Source: Verrucomicrobiota bacterium (GTDB taxonomy: Bacteria > Verrucomicrobiota > Verrucomicrobiia > Limisphaerales > JADLHS01). From it: DNA of 60,102 nt. The notes beneath the pieces are model-generated. The model had not been told where the DNA came from and ran no database searches. It saw nothing but the letters and a program-made list of their open reading frames with translations. The translations under genes and the position numbers were made by a program. The stretch is taken from the NCBI GenBank assembly GCA_008933055.1, contig WBXK01000001.1, positions 1 to 60,102 on the forward strand. Direction: 5' to 3'. This document shows, in pieces, positions 9,096-18,997 of this stretch. Numbering within the stretch: position 1 is the stretch's first letter; each line of letters starts with the position of its first letter.

Positions 9096-9929
9096 ATGCC
9101 TACTGAAGCTCCAACACTTCCAACTCCGGCGAAGAACAAAATCCCGGCGAAAGACCTTCCCCACCTCTACGGCAAGGTCGTGCAGGGCAGCAGCGATGAG
9201 AACGATCTCGTGCAAAAACACCTCGTGCTGGTGCGCCAAGTCGTGGGGCGTCTGGCCATGAGCATGCCATCGCATGTAGATCAGGACGATCTCTATAGCT
9301 CAGGTCTTGTTGGATTGTTGAACGCGGTGCGCAATTTCGATCCGCAGGGAGGCAGCACGTTTGAATCGTATGCACGCGTGCGGATTCGTGGGGCAATTTT
9401 TGATGAGCTTCGGCGACTGGACTGGGTGCCGCGTTCCATCCACGACAAAGCCCGCAAGGTGCAGGCCATCATGCAGCAATTGGAACAGAAGCTGGGTCGC
9501 CCGGCTGCGGACGAAGAGGTGTCTAAGGCGTTGAGCCTTTCTCTGGATGAATATCATGAACTGCTCGAAGAGATCCGGCCGGCCACTTTCGTCTGCTTGG
9601 ACGCCTCTCCGGTGAACGAGGACGACGAAGAAAGCCGCCATGAACGCATCGCCGATGATTCGCAACCCGATCCATTGGACAACACGGTGCGCCGCGAGAT
9701 GACCGAGATTATTGCCAAACGAATCAAGCAATTGCCGGAGATGCAGCGCAAGGTCCTCGCCCTTTATTATTTTGAAGACCTGCGACTGCGCGAAATCGCC
9801 GAGGCGTTCGGCGTGACGGAGTCGCGCATCTGCCAAATACATTCGCAGGCCATTCTCGGGATACGATCATTCCTGAAACAGCAGGATGATGTGGACTCAA
9901 AAAAACAGGAAACCCTTAAAGCAGTATGA
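9096..9929 (+). CDS. fliA: Flagellar sigma factor FliA (sigma-28)
   Basis: Region 2 (LVGLLNAVRNFDPQGGSTFESYARVRIRGAIFDELRRLDWVPRS) and region 4 HTH (LREIAEAFGVTESRICQIHSQAI). Its stop overlaps the motA start (ATGA at 9926). Confidence 0.9.
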   Translation: MPTEAPTLPTPAKNKIPAKDLPHLYGKVVQGSSDENDLVQKHLVLVRQVVGRLAMSMPSHVDQDDLYSSGLVGLLNAVRNFDPQGGSTFESYARVRIRGAIFDELRRLDWVPRSIHDKARKVQAIMQQLEQKLGRPAADEEVSKALSLSLDEYHELLEEIRPATFVCLDASPVNEDDEESRHERIADDSQPDPLDNTVRREMTEIIAKRIKQLPEMQRKVLALYYFEDLRLREIAEAFGVTESRICQIHSQAILGIRSFLKQQDDVDSKKQETLKAV

Positions 9930-10789
9930 TTGTCATCATCGGTTCTATCATTGTTCTCGGCGCTGTGCTGGGCGGCTTCATGATGGCTGGAGGACACCCC
10001 GGCCACTTGATTGTGATCTCGGAATACGTCGTCATTTGCGGTTCTGCCGCCGGTGCTGTCATCATCATGGCTCCGAAGCACATCATCATGGCCATCGTTA
10101 AACAACTGATCGGCACGCTTAAAGGACCTCCTTACGGTAAAAAATCTTACGAAGACTTATTCAAGGCACTTTACGAATTGTTCATGCTGGGTCGCCGCAA
10201 CGGAATGATTGCTTTGGAAGAGCACGTTCTGACTCCTGACACGAGCAGCATCTTCTCGAAGTATCCTGGGTTGGTTAAGGACCATCATGCTATGGCTATC
10301 CTATGCGGCGGTTTGAAGCCGATCATTGACGGCAAGGTGAAGCCGGATCAGTTGAAACTCCTTCTTGAAACCGAACTCGACACGATGGAAGCAGAACATC
10401 ACAGCCCAATAGATGTGCTGACCAAAGCAGCGGACGCGATGCCTGGATTCGGGATTGTCGCAGCCGTGTTGGGGATCGTAATCACGATGGGTAGCATCGC
10501 TGGCCCGGTTGAAGAGATCGGCCACCACGTCGGATCAGCACTCGTCGGAACGTTCCTTGGAATTTTGATTTCATACGGGTTCCTGAATCCGCTTTGCGTC
10601 AACATGGCGTTCATAGGAAATTCAGAGATAGCCTTCTTCAGAACCATCGCGAACGCGGTAGTGGGGTTCGCCAACGGCATGGCCCCGATCATGGCGATCG
10701 AAGTCGCACGGCGCGGACTGACGAGTGACGTGAAACCTGGCGCTGAGGAGTTGGAGAAGATGTTGAAGGAAGCCATGGCGGCGAAGTGA
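9926..10789 (+). CDS. motA: Flagellar stator protein MotA
   Basis: 287 aa with MotA/TolQ/ExbB-type topology and the C-terminal channel block (MPGFGIVAAVLGIVITMG...ALVGTFLGILISYGF). Confidence 0.9.
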   Translation: MIVIIGSIIVLGAVLGGFMMAGGHPGHLIVISEYVVICGSAAGAVIIMAPKHIIMAIVKQLIGTLKGPPYGKKSYEDLFKALYELFMLGRRNGMIALEEHVLTPDTSSIFSKYPGLVKDHHAMAILCGGLKPIIDGKVKPDQLKLLLETELDTMEAEHHSPIDVLTKAADAMPGFGIVAAVLGIVITMGSIAGPVEEIGHHVGSALVGTFLGILISYGFLNPLCVNMAFIGNSEIAFFRTIANAVVGFANGMAPIMAIEVARRGLTSDVKPGAEELEKMLKEAMAAK

Positions 10790-10814
10790 TTGGTGGCAAT
10801 ATTTGAATTGAGTT

Positions 10815-11558
10815 ATGGCTAAGAAAAAAGGTCACGGACATCACGGTGGTGCGTGGAAGGTGGCTTACGCCGACTTCGTCACGGCGATGATGGCGCTGTT
10901 TCTAGTGCTGTGGCTTGTGTCGCAGGATCAAAAAATCAAGGAAGCAGTGGAGCGCTCGTTCCGCAATCCGTTTGCGTCAATCACGAAAGAATCCACTGGT
11001 ATCATCCCCGCACCGAAAGAAACGATGACCGTTCTAGCGAGAAATGGAAATTTTGATTCCGCATCAGCCATCGAGTTGAACATGCTACGAAAAATCGCTG
11101 ATGACTTGACGGCCATGCTGAGCACTAACCCCGAGTCTGCTGAACAGAATCCGCTCGATCTGGAAATCACTCCTGAAGGGATGCGCATCAGCGTATTTGA
11201 CCGGAATAACAAACCGATCTTCGAGCCCGCCTCGGCAGAATTCACACCTTATGGCACATGGATTTTCACCACGCTGGCGTGGCAGATTTCGAGGTTCACC
11301 AACAACTTCATCGTGGAGCTCGAAGGCCATACAGAAAAAGGCTGCACGTATTCAGACGGCGTGCGAGACCCGTGGGACTTGAGTGCCGATCGAGCGAACG
11401 CCTCCCGCCGAAAACTTGTGGAGCATGACGTCATCCCCTCCCAGATCCGCAAGGTGGCAGGCTATGCTGACACGCAACCGATGCCGAATCTTGAACCCAC
11501 GAGCGTGAGCAACCGCCGCGTCTCAGTTTTGTTGAAGGTCAAACCAGGTAACCGATAA
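10815..11558 (+). CDS. motB: Flagellar stator protein MotB (OmpA-like C-domain)
   Basis: N-terminal AWKVAYADFVTAMMALFLVLW with the conserved Asp, and a C-terminal OmpA-like peptidoglycan-binding part (DLSADRANASRRKLVE...NRRVSVLL). Confidence 0.9.
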   Translation: MAKKKGHGHHGGAWKVAYADFVTAMMALFLVLWLVSQDQKIKEAVERSFRNPFASITKESTGIIPAPKETMTVLARNGNFDSASAIELNMLRKIADDLTAMLSTNPESAEQNPLDLEITPEGMRISVFDRNNKPIFEPASAEFTPYGTWIFTTLAWQISRFTNNFIVELEGHTEKGCTYSDGVRDPWDLSADRANASRRKLVEHDVIPSQIRKVAGYADTQPMPNLEPTSVSNRRVSVLLKVKPGNR

Positions 11559-11563
11559 TCACG

Positions 11564-11863
11564 ATGCCCTCCGACTTCGTACCATTCTTGAAAAGCGGTG
11601 AAAACTCCGGCGCGAATGGCGCAACCAACCAACCAGCCTCTGTTGCTCATGTGGGGAGGGATAACGCCGCGGCAGCAGTCGGGTTTGCCGCTTTGATGCC
11701 CGGACAAGCATCACCTACTACCACGCCAGTCTCGTCTTCAACCACACATACACACACCAAGTCCAAACCCGTGGTCACACTAAAACGTAACGGCGATCAG
11801 GTGACGCACATACACATCCAATGTTCGTGCGGTGAAGTGGTGGAACTTGAATGCGCGTACTAG
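11564..11863 (+). CDS. Hypothetical 99-aa protein trailing motB
   Basis: ATG lies 6 nt after the motB stop. Low-complexity S/T/H-rich middle, then C-terminal KPVVTLKRNGDQVTHIHIQCSCGEVVELECAY. No family recognised. Confidence 0.4.
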   Translation: MPSDFVPFLKSGENSGANGATNQPASVAHVGRDNAAAAVGFAALMPGQASPTTTPVSSSTTHTHTKSKPVVTLKRNGDQVTHIHIQCSCGEVVELECAY

Positions 11864-11972
11864 ACGCTAGAGAAGTCGTGCTGTTAGCCAACCGGGAATC
11901 CATGCTGCAAAGGCGCAAGAACTTGGTTACTGCCTTGCTTATAGAACCAGATTTTCAGGCCACTCTGGACTT

Positions 11973-12983
11973 TCAAATCTGAAAATCCAAGGAAGTTTTC
12001 TTCTCTCCCTTACTCAACACCCGCATGTCCAGACCGTCATAAATGACAAGCGAATGCGGCGCCACGCTATCCATTATAAATACGTTACCACCGATAGTGC
12101 TACCCGCGCCGATGACTGTTTCACCGCCGAGAATCGTTGCTCCCGGATAGATTGTAACGCGATCCTCAATCGTCGGATGACGTTTCTTCCCCCGTAATTG
12201 TTGTCCGCCGGAAGTACTCCGCGCGCCGAGCGTGACGCCGTGATACATCTTCACATGGTTACCGATGATGGCTGACTCGCCCACCACGGTACCAGTGCAA
12301 TGATCCACGAAGAAGTGAGTACCAATCTTCGCGCCTGGATGCAGATCCATTCCTGAGCGACCGTGCGCCCACTCGCTCATGATTCGGGGAATGAGCGGGA
12401 CGTTCTTAAGATAAAGCTCGTGTGCGAGTCGCTGAACAGCGATGGCTTCGATGAATGGATAAGCCACGATAATCTCTTCGCGACTTAATGCAGCCGGATC
12501 GCCATTGAATGCGGCTTCCGTGTCCGTCTGGAGAATTTCACGTATGCGCGATAGGCTGCCGAGAAAACCCAGCGTGATCTCGTGCGCAACTCGCGGTATC
12601 TCTTTCTTCGCGAGATTAGCAGGCGGATTGTATTCGAGGCTCTTGCGGATTTCGTCTTCGAGATTGCCGAGGATTGAATCCAGCAGCGCCGCCGTCTCCA
12701 CCTTAATCTCAGAGGAGTGGATCAACTTTTCATCAAAGAAACCTGGGAAGAGCAGGCGCAGCAAATCCTTGGTGATGGAAGTAACAGCTGTCTTGGAGGG
12801 CAGATTTTTGCCGTCCAAATGGTTGATACCGCCTGCGCGAGCGTACGAGGCGATGAGGTCGTTGGTCAATTGTGTGACCGGATCATTCACTCCCCGAGTA
12901 TTAGGGAGGGAAACGGTCAAGGCAAGTGCGAGCCTCGCCGCCGCTTGACTCTCGCCGCGCGACTCTTGAACCTCGCGGGGCAT
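11973..12983 (-). CDS. cysE: Serine O-acetyltransferase (long form)
   Basis: SATase N-domain plus hexapeptide core (GMDLHPGAKIGTHFFVDHCTGTVVGESAIIGNHVKMYHGVTLG...HPTIEDRVTIYPGATILGG). Start set to the Met at 12983; the longer listed ORF would overlap priA. Confidence 0.85.
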   Translation of the reverse strand: MPREVQESRGESQAAARLALALTVSLPNTRGVNDPVTQLTNDLIASYARAGGINHLDGKNLPSKTAVTSITKDLLRLLFPGFFDEKLIHSSEIKVETAALLDSILGNLEDEIRKSLEYNPPANLAKKEIPRVAHEITLGFLGSLSRIREILQTDTEAAFNGDPAALSREEIIVAYPFIEAIAVQRLAHELYLKNVPLIPRIMSEWAHGRSGMDLHPGAKIGTHFFVDHCTGTVVGESAIIGNHVKMYHGVTLGARSTSGGQQLRGKKRHPTIEDRVTIYPGATILGGETVIGAGSTIGGNVFIMDSVAPHSLVIYDGLDMRVLSKGEKKTSLDFQI

Positions 12984-15348
12984 GATTGCTCGCGTCACTC
13001 TCGAAATCGCCCTCCGCAAGGAGTTCGATTACGCTATCCCACCGGAACTCGCGGGCAAGGTGGATGTGGGCAGTCGCGTGCAGGTCCCGTTTGGCGCACG
13101 CAAAGTCCTTGGTGTCGTAACGGCTGTTGCCGAAGAATCAGCTCAAACCAGACTTAAACTCATCCTTAAAGTCATAGGCACACAAACACTTGTCACAGCC
13201 AAAGTCCTCAAACTCGCGAGGTGGATTGCAGATTACTACTGCTGCGCGCCGGAGATCGCTCTAAAATCCATTCTGCCGGAAGCCGTGCGAAAAGAGAATG
13301 CCGGGTGGCGCGAGCGGCTGATTGTTCGTGTGTTGCCCTTGGTCGGAGAGCTCCCCAAACTCGCCAAACGCCAACTCGAAGTCTGGAACATCATCGAAGA
13401 GCATCGGGAGATTCTATTGTCCGAACTAGTAGCTCTTGCCGAAACCACGGCTGCTACCGTTCGCAAACTCGAAGATCGTGGCCTCATCTCGATCACGAAC
13501 GAGATCTCCGAACGCGATCCTTACGAGAACGAAAAGATTTTGCCGAGCGATGCGATCGTGTTGAATCCCGCGCAGGCGCTCGCACTAGAGAAGATCAAGA
13601 CGGCGATGATCCAAGGCGAGGATTCAAAATGGAAGATTGAGGATGGAAAGCCACACCCCTCCTCCACATTCCTTCTGCACGGTGTCACCGGTTCAGGGAA
13701 GACTGAAATTTACCTTCAAGCCATCGCGCAAGCGTTGGAGCAGGGCGAAGGCGCGATCGTTCTCGTGCCGGAAATCGCCCTCACGCCGCAGACCGTGGAG
13801 CGGTTCAAGGCGCGGTTCAGTTCAGGAAGGCTTCAAACACTTGTCGCCGTCTTACATTCACACTTGAGCGCTGGGGAGCGACACGATGAGTGGCACAAGA
13901 TTCGGCAAGGTCGGGCGCGGATCGTCATCGGAGCGCGATCGGCAATCTTTGCACCTGTTGAACCGCTGGGACTCATTATCGTGGATGAGGAACACGAGCA
14001 CTCTTACAAACAGGAGGAAGCGCCTCGTTATCATGCGCGGGATGTCGCCATCGTGCGAGGTCAGATGGAGGACGCAGTCGTGGTGCTAGGTTCGGCCACG
14101 CCCTCAATGGAGAGTTACTACAACTGCAAAATCGGCAAATACACGCTGCTCGACATGCCAGAACGCGTGGACAATCAGAAGATGCCCATCGTGCGGGTAG
14201 TAGATATGCGCCAAGCTGCCCGCAAAGAGAAAGGCACGCTAATTTTTTCGCCGCAACTTAAGGAAGCAATCACTCAACGGCTGGAGAAAAGCGAGCAGAC
14301 GATTTTATTTCTGAACCGGCGCGGTTATTCATCGTCTTTGCAATGCGAGAAATGCGGACATGTTTGCGAGTGTCCCAACTGCTCGCTCTCGCTCACGTTT
14401 CATCGAGCCGAACAGTTGTTGCGCTGCCATCTCTGCGGTCACAACGAGAGCGTGCCCCAAGTCTGTCCCGATGAGAAGTGCAAGAATCCTGCGATCCGCT
14501 ACACCGGTCTCGGCACGCAAAAGGTGGAGGATGTATTGGGGAAATTATTTCCAAAAGCGCGAGTGAAGCGCATGGACGCCGACGTAATGAAGCGCAAAGA
14601 GGATTACCGCCAAGTGCTTGGTGATTTCCGTGCTGGCAAGATTGATATCCTCATCGGCACACAGATGATCGCAAAGGGGCTGCATTTCCCGAACGTCACG
14701 CTCGTCGGAATCATCTACGCAGACCTGGCCTTGAATATGCCTGACTTTCGCGCGGGTGAACGAACATTCCAGTTACTAACGCAAGTCGCCGGTCGAGCAG
14801 GTCGTGGCGATATTGAGGGCGAGGTGTTCGTGCAAGCCTTCACGCCGTTTCATCCGGCGATCCAATATGCGCGTCGTCATGACTTCGTCGGATTCTACGA
14901 TCAGGAGATCGAGTTCCGGGAGCAGTTGAAATATCCGCCTGCCGCGCGCGTGGCCTTACTCACGCTCAAGGGGCGTAACGAGGAGAAGGTGCAATTTTCG
15001 GCCGAATATTTGCGAAAAAAGTTAGATCAGTTGATCGGCAAAGGAGAAAAAGAGAATGAGGGAAATGGAGCAGAGAAGAACGGGATGCTGTTCGGCATGG
15101 GGACAACACCGCCTTCTGACAAGACCTTTCAAACCGCGCCCGCGCCAGCACATTTCCGTGATTTGATCATCGCCGGACCTGCGCCTGCTCCGCTGCTGCG
15201 GGCGGAAACATTTTATCGCTACCAGATTATGCTCCGAACAAAAGCGATGAGTCGGTTGAGCCACGCGCTCGCTATGATCACAAGCGCGTTGCAGTTGCCG
15301 GAGGACGTGACGCTCACTGTTGACATTGATCCTGCGAGCTTGTCCTGA
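12982..15348 (+). CDS. priA: Primosomal replication-restart helicase PriA
   Basis: N-terminal 3'-DNA-binding style (VGSRVQVPFGARKVLGVV), Walker A GVTGSGKTE, DEEH box, and a Cys-rich Zn region (CEKCGHVCECPNCSLSLTFH...CHLCGH). Confidence 0.95.
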   Translation: MIARVTLEIALRKEFDYAIPPELAGKVDVGSRVQVPFGARKVLGVVTAVAEESAQTRLKLILKVIGTQTLVTAKVLKLARWIADYYCCAPEIALKSILPEAVRKENAGWRERLIVRVLPLVGELPKLAKRQLEVWNIIEEHREILLSELVALAETTAATVRKLEDRGLISITNEISERDPYENEKILPSDAIVLNPAQALALEKIKTAMIQGEDSKWKIEDGKPHPSSTFLLHGVTGSGKTEIYLQAIAQALEQGEGAIVLVPEIALTPQTVERFKARFSSGRLQTLVAVLHSHLSAGERHDEWHKIRQGRARIVIGARSAIFAPVEPLGLIIVDEEHEHSYKQEEAPRYHARDVAIVRGQMEDAVVVLGSATPSMESYYNCKIGKYTLLDMPERVDNQKMPIVRVVDMRQAARKEKGTLIFSPQLKEAITQRLEKSEQTILFLNRRGYSSSLQCEKCGHVCECPNCSLSLTFHRAEQLLRCHLCGHNESVPQVCPDEKCKNPAIRYTGLGTQKVEDVLGKLFPKARVKRMDADVMKRKEDYRQVLGDFRAGKIDILIGTQMIAKGLHFPNVTLVGIIYADLALNMPDFRAGERTFQLLTQVAGRAGRGDIEGEVFVQAFTPFHPAIQYARRHDFVGFYDQEIEFREQLKYPPAARVALLTLKGRNEEKVQFSAEYLRKKLDQLIGKGEKENEGNGAEKNGMLFGMGTTPPSDKTFQTAPAPAHFRDLIIAGPAPAPLLRAETFYRYQIMLRTKAMSRLSHALAMITSALQLPEDVTLTVDIDPASLS

Positions 15349-15422
15349 GCTGGGTAAAAGTTTTCGAGCGTCATACGACACACCTCGGTTGCGCTGCAGC
15401 GGGTTTCGATTAGCATGCACAT

Positions 15423-16187
15423 ATGCAATCTCGATTTTCACCAAGCGTGTCTTACATATATCCACAACTCATGCTTTGCGGGCTTATTTTCTTTTACCAG
15501 TCCACAAGTTTCACAGCGACGAATCCACCCGCGTCCGCCTCTCGCTATGAAATCCGCGCGACGCACGACCCAAATGGAATCAGCAAGTTTTACATGGGCC
15601 GGGAGATTGCGCACGTGATGGGTCACGAAGCGGCAGACTGGCTCGAGCGTCCCGAACGTGAAAAGGAAGAGCGATCAGATTTATTGCTGGCCGCACTCAA
15701 TCTCAAAACGGGAGATGCCGTAGCGGACATCGGTTGCGGCAGTGGTTACTACACACGACGATTGGCGAAGGTAGTCGGAACCAATGGCGTTGTATTCGGC
15801 GTGGAGATTCAACAAGAAATGCTCGATATCCTGACAAAAAAACTCGCGACAGAAAACATTTTTAACGTCAAGCCAGTGCTCGGCACGATCACCGATCCGA
15901 AACTGCCGCGCGTGGGGGTAGATTTAATTCTGATGGTGGACGTGTATCACGAGTTCGACCACCCGTTCGAGATGCTCGAGGCGATGTGCCAATCATTGAA
16001 GCCGGGCGGGCGCATCGTGTTCGTGGAGTTTCGCGCTGAAGACCTGAACGTGGCGATCAAACGGGTTCACAAAATGACCGAGGCGCAGGTGCGCAGAGAA
16101 ATGAGCGCTCACCCCCTCGACTGGGTGAAAAGCATCGGGACGTTGCCTCAGCAACATATCATCGTGTTTAGAAAGCGCAGCGGATGA
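15423..16187 (+). CDS. Class I SAM-dependent methyltransferase with N-terminal hydrophobic anchor
   Basis: Motif I VADIGCGSGYYTRRLA, then LILMVDVYHEF and LKPGGRIVFVEF. Start uncertain. Confidence 0.8.
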   Translation: MQSRFSPSVSYIYPQLMLCGLIFFYQSTSFTATNPPASASRYEIRATHDPNGISKFYMGREIAHVMGHEAADWLERPEREKEERSDLLLAALNLKTGDAVADIGCGSGYYTRRLAKVVGTNGVVFGVEIQQEMLDILTKKLATENIFNVKPVLGTITDPKLPRVGVDLILMVDVYHEFDHPFEMLEAMCQSLKPGGRIVFVEFRAEDLNVAIKRVHKMTEAQVRREMSAHPLDWVKSIGTLPQQHIIVFRKRSG

Positions 16188-16369
16188 CAACTAACGGTCA
16201 TGGCTATCCTTTCAGTGAGTAATTGCGCGGGCAGGCATCTGATGTTTTGTGCCGCCAGTTGCTAACCCGTCCAGCCAAGAGGGATTAAGATTAATAATTG
16301 AGGTGATCAAGCAACATCCCCGGCCATGCTCGTCATCTAACTTCCAAAGCTTGAATTTTTTCTACGCTC

Positions 16370-17593
16370 GTGTGTCCTGTGATCGTGCTGACTACGATCC
16401 GGCGTGCGGAATACTTTGAACTGATAATCCTCTTCTTCGTCCAGGGGATGGCCATGGCCATGTGGTTTGTCCCATTGGGCAGTGTTCTGGATGCACACGG
16501 TCTGCACCCTATCAAGCCTTATGCCTTCGCCGCATCAGCCTTGGCGGCCTTTGTGTCCCCGCTGATTTTTGGTGCGATGGCAGATCGCCACGCCGCGCCT
16601 GTCGTGGTGCTACGCTGGCTCGCCGTCGCGACTGCCGCCAGCATGGCAATGGCCACAACAGCCATCAGGCTTGGCTGGAGTGTGGGCATCGTGCTGGCAT
16701 TCATTCAACTTCACGCGCTATGCACTTCGCCGACATTCAGTATCGCCACGACCATCGTTTTGTCGCGCCTAAAAAACTCCCAGAGCGAATACGGTCCAAT
16801 CCGCTCGATGGCTACGATCGGATGGGTCGCAGGTTGCGGCATTATCAGTCTATTGAATGCGGACACATCCCCTCTCGCTGGTTACGCCGGGGCAATCGTC
16901 TGGGTGGGCGTCGCGACATTTACCTATCTCTTGCCAAATGTTCTTCCCCCTGAATCCAACCAGAAAACAACCTGGAAACAACGCATGGGATGGGACGCAC
17001 TCTCGCTGCTTAAGAACACCGATCACCGTGTCGTGTTCATTACCGCCATGCTGTTTAACGCCACCGTTGCGGCCATGTTTCCCTATACACCGCCGCACCT
17101 GCGCGAATTCGGATTCGTCCGCACCACGGCCTGGATGACTCTTGGCCAGACCACGGAAATCATAGTCATGTTCACCCTAGCGGGATTGTTAACGCGCTGG
17201 AGAATCAAATGGATCATCGCGCTAGGACTTGTTTTCACTGCCTTGCGGTATTTCTTGTGTGCCATGAACAGCAAACTCACCTTATTGGCAGGACTCACAC
17301 TGCACGGCGCGGGATTCACGCTGGTACTGATCACCACACAGATTTATCTCGAACAACGCATTGACCCAGCGTGGCGTGGACGCGCGCAATCTCTACTGTC
17401 TGTGATGACTAGTGGCGCGGGAAATCTCCTCGGCTATCTCGGCAGCGGCTGGTGGTTTACGACTTGCACAACGGATAACGCGACAAGCTGGACAGTGTTC
17501 TGGGGCGGCATCGCCATCGCGGTGACGATGGTGTTGATCTATTTCCTCTCGGCTTATCGCGGACGTGTTCCAACCAAGCCATGTGAGGCGTAA
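16370..17593 (+). CDS. MFS transporter, nucleoside:H+ symporter-like
   Basis: ~12 hydrophobic segments. The N-terminus (ELIILFFVQGMAMAMWFVPLGSVLD) resembles NupG/YegT-type permeases. GTG start; family assignment is tentative. Confidence 0.65.
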   Translation: MCPVIVLTTIRRAEYFELIILFFVQGMAMAMWFVPLGSVLDAHGLHPIKPYAFAASALAAFVSPLIFGAMADRHAAPVVVLRWLAVATAASMAMATTAIRLGWSVGIVLAFIQLHALCTSPTFSIATTIVLSRLKNSQSEYGPIRSMATIGWVAGCGIISLLNADTSPLAGYAGAIVWVGVATFTYLLPNVLPPESNQKTTWKQRMGWDALSLLKNTDHRVVFITAMLFNATVAAMFPYTPPHLREFGFVRTTAWMTLGQTTEIIVMFTLAGLLTRWRIKWIIALGLVFTALRYFLCAMNSKLTLLAGLTLHGAGFTLVLITTQIYLEQRIDPAWRGRAQSLLSVMTSGAGNLLGYLGSGWWFTTCTTDNATSWTVFWGGIAIAVTMVLIYFLSAYRGRVPTKPCEA

Positions 17594-17816
17594 GACTGCG
17601 GCATGGCGAACGAAGATAAGCGTTGCGTCATCATTCACCAACCCCGCAATTTTTCCAGGAAGCAGCTTTCACTAACCAAGCTCGCTCTATTTTTCGGCAA
17701 TTTCACCCACTGCTAGGGTGTGACGCCTGCGGAAAAGCCCACTCCTAAAGCAGATTATCCGTGTCGTCTTAAAAATTATGCAAGATCGCCCCTGCACGGC
17801 GGCACAACTTGCGACC

Positions 17817-18747
17817 TTAATCCGTCCAGATGCCATTCCTCCAATAACGATGGTCACTCACCTGGGAACACAAAAGAGCGAACAGCGCCTTGCGATAACG
17901 TGAATCGCTCGTGGCAATTTTCTTTTTGAGCATCTTCTCATGAAAGAGTGAACTGACTTTTCCCATCGGGCCAAGGACGTTTTCGCAGCCCCGGAACCAG
18001 GGGATGTGAGTCGTCCAACTGCCGCCTTCCATGTGGAAGCGGTAATCTTCCTTCTTCAGTTGATCAATGACTTCCGCGATTTTTCCGGCGCTATCACGGC
18101 CGTTGAACCTTTCCCAGATACGCTTCTGATGGATAGGCTGCAGCGCTGGCAAAGCCATTTCCTACGGCGAGAATCCACGCACGCGGCTCAACGCTTCCAG
18201 TCCGAAGATTCCTGCTAGGTGATGTTAAAACGTTTTGACGTGCAATCGAAAATCCTGCGACGATGTGCCTCAACGACATCCCAAGCCATTGGACGGCCCA
18301 GCCATAGCGAGATTCACAAGTAACACGTTTGAGATTATCGAAGACGACATTCAATCCGACGTGCCTCAGGCCATGGAAGAGTATTGCCGAGCAACCGAGC
18401 ATCACGCGCCGCTCTTTGCCCTCGTCAATCAATGGCGGAACGAACTCACCGCCGCGTTTGCAGCACCATTGGGAACACGGAGGCGTTGTGGTTATCACCG
18501 ATGCCGGGATTACCCCTCACGTGCTTGAGATTGCTCATTGCGGGGGCGATTTGGAGGTCATGGCCGTTAGCGGCAACCACTGATGCAGGTGCAAGGCTAT
18601 AGCGCAGGCGCTGTTGATACTGCCAAAATCAACCTTACCCTCAGACTTAGAGTGTTTTCGGGCGCTTAAAGTTTTCTCAACGGCCGCTTCGTCGACTCTC
18701 AGGCTGGGCAGATTTTCGATATATTCTGGGAAAGAGTTGTCACTCAT
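17817..18747 (-). pseudogene. Possible decayed gene split over three minus-strand frames (weak glycoside-hydrolase-57-like hints)
   Basis: Consecutive minus-strand ORFs 18747-18535, 18498-18094 and 18158-17817 abut or overlap in different frames. The first ends ...CAIALHLHQ (H-x-H-Q as in GH57 N-termini). The last ends ...RYRKALFALLCSQVSDHRYW (like the GH57 C-terminal SD/SC-x-x-YW block). Weak. Confidence 0.3.
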
Positions 18748-18997
18748 AAAATGTTGGGACTCTTCGTGAGAATATCAGTGGAGTCAAACGTGGGATAGAG
18801 TGGTAAACGAAAGAGAAGCGGAGTTTTGAATCAAACAATTGAGGTGGCAACTATTTGCTTAGCTCCCTCTCGTCGTTCGCAAATTGAATGCGCACCCAAG
18901 CATGATTCTTTTACCTACTTGAATTAAATCCTAGATCAGCCGTCTATATGCTGGTTTTGCGGCTTGCCTGGCCGGGCGGCCCGCCTAAAGTGACCAG

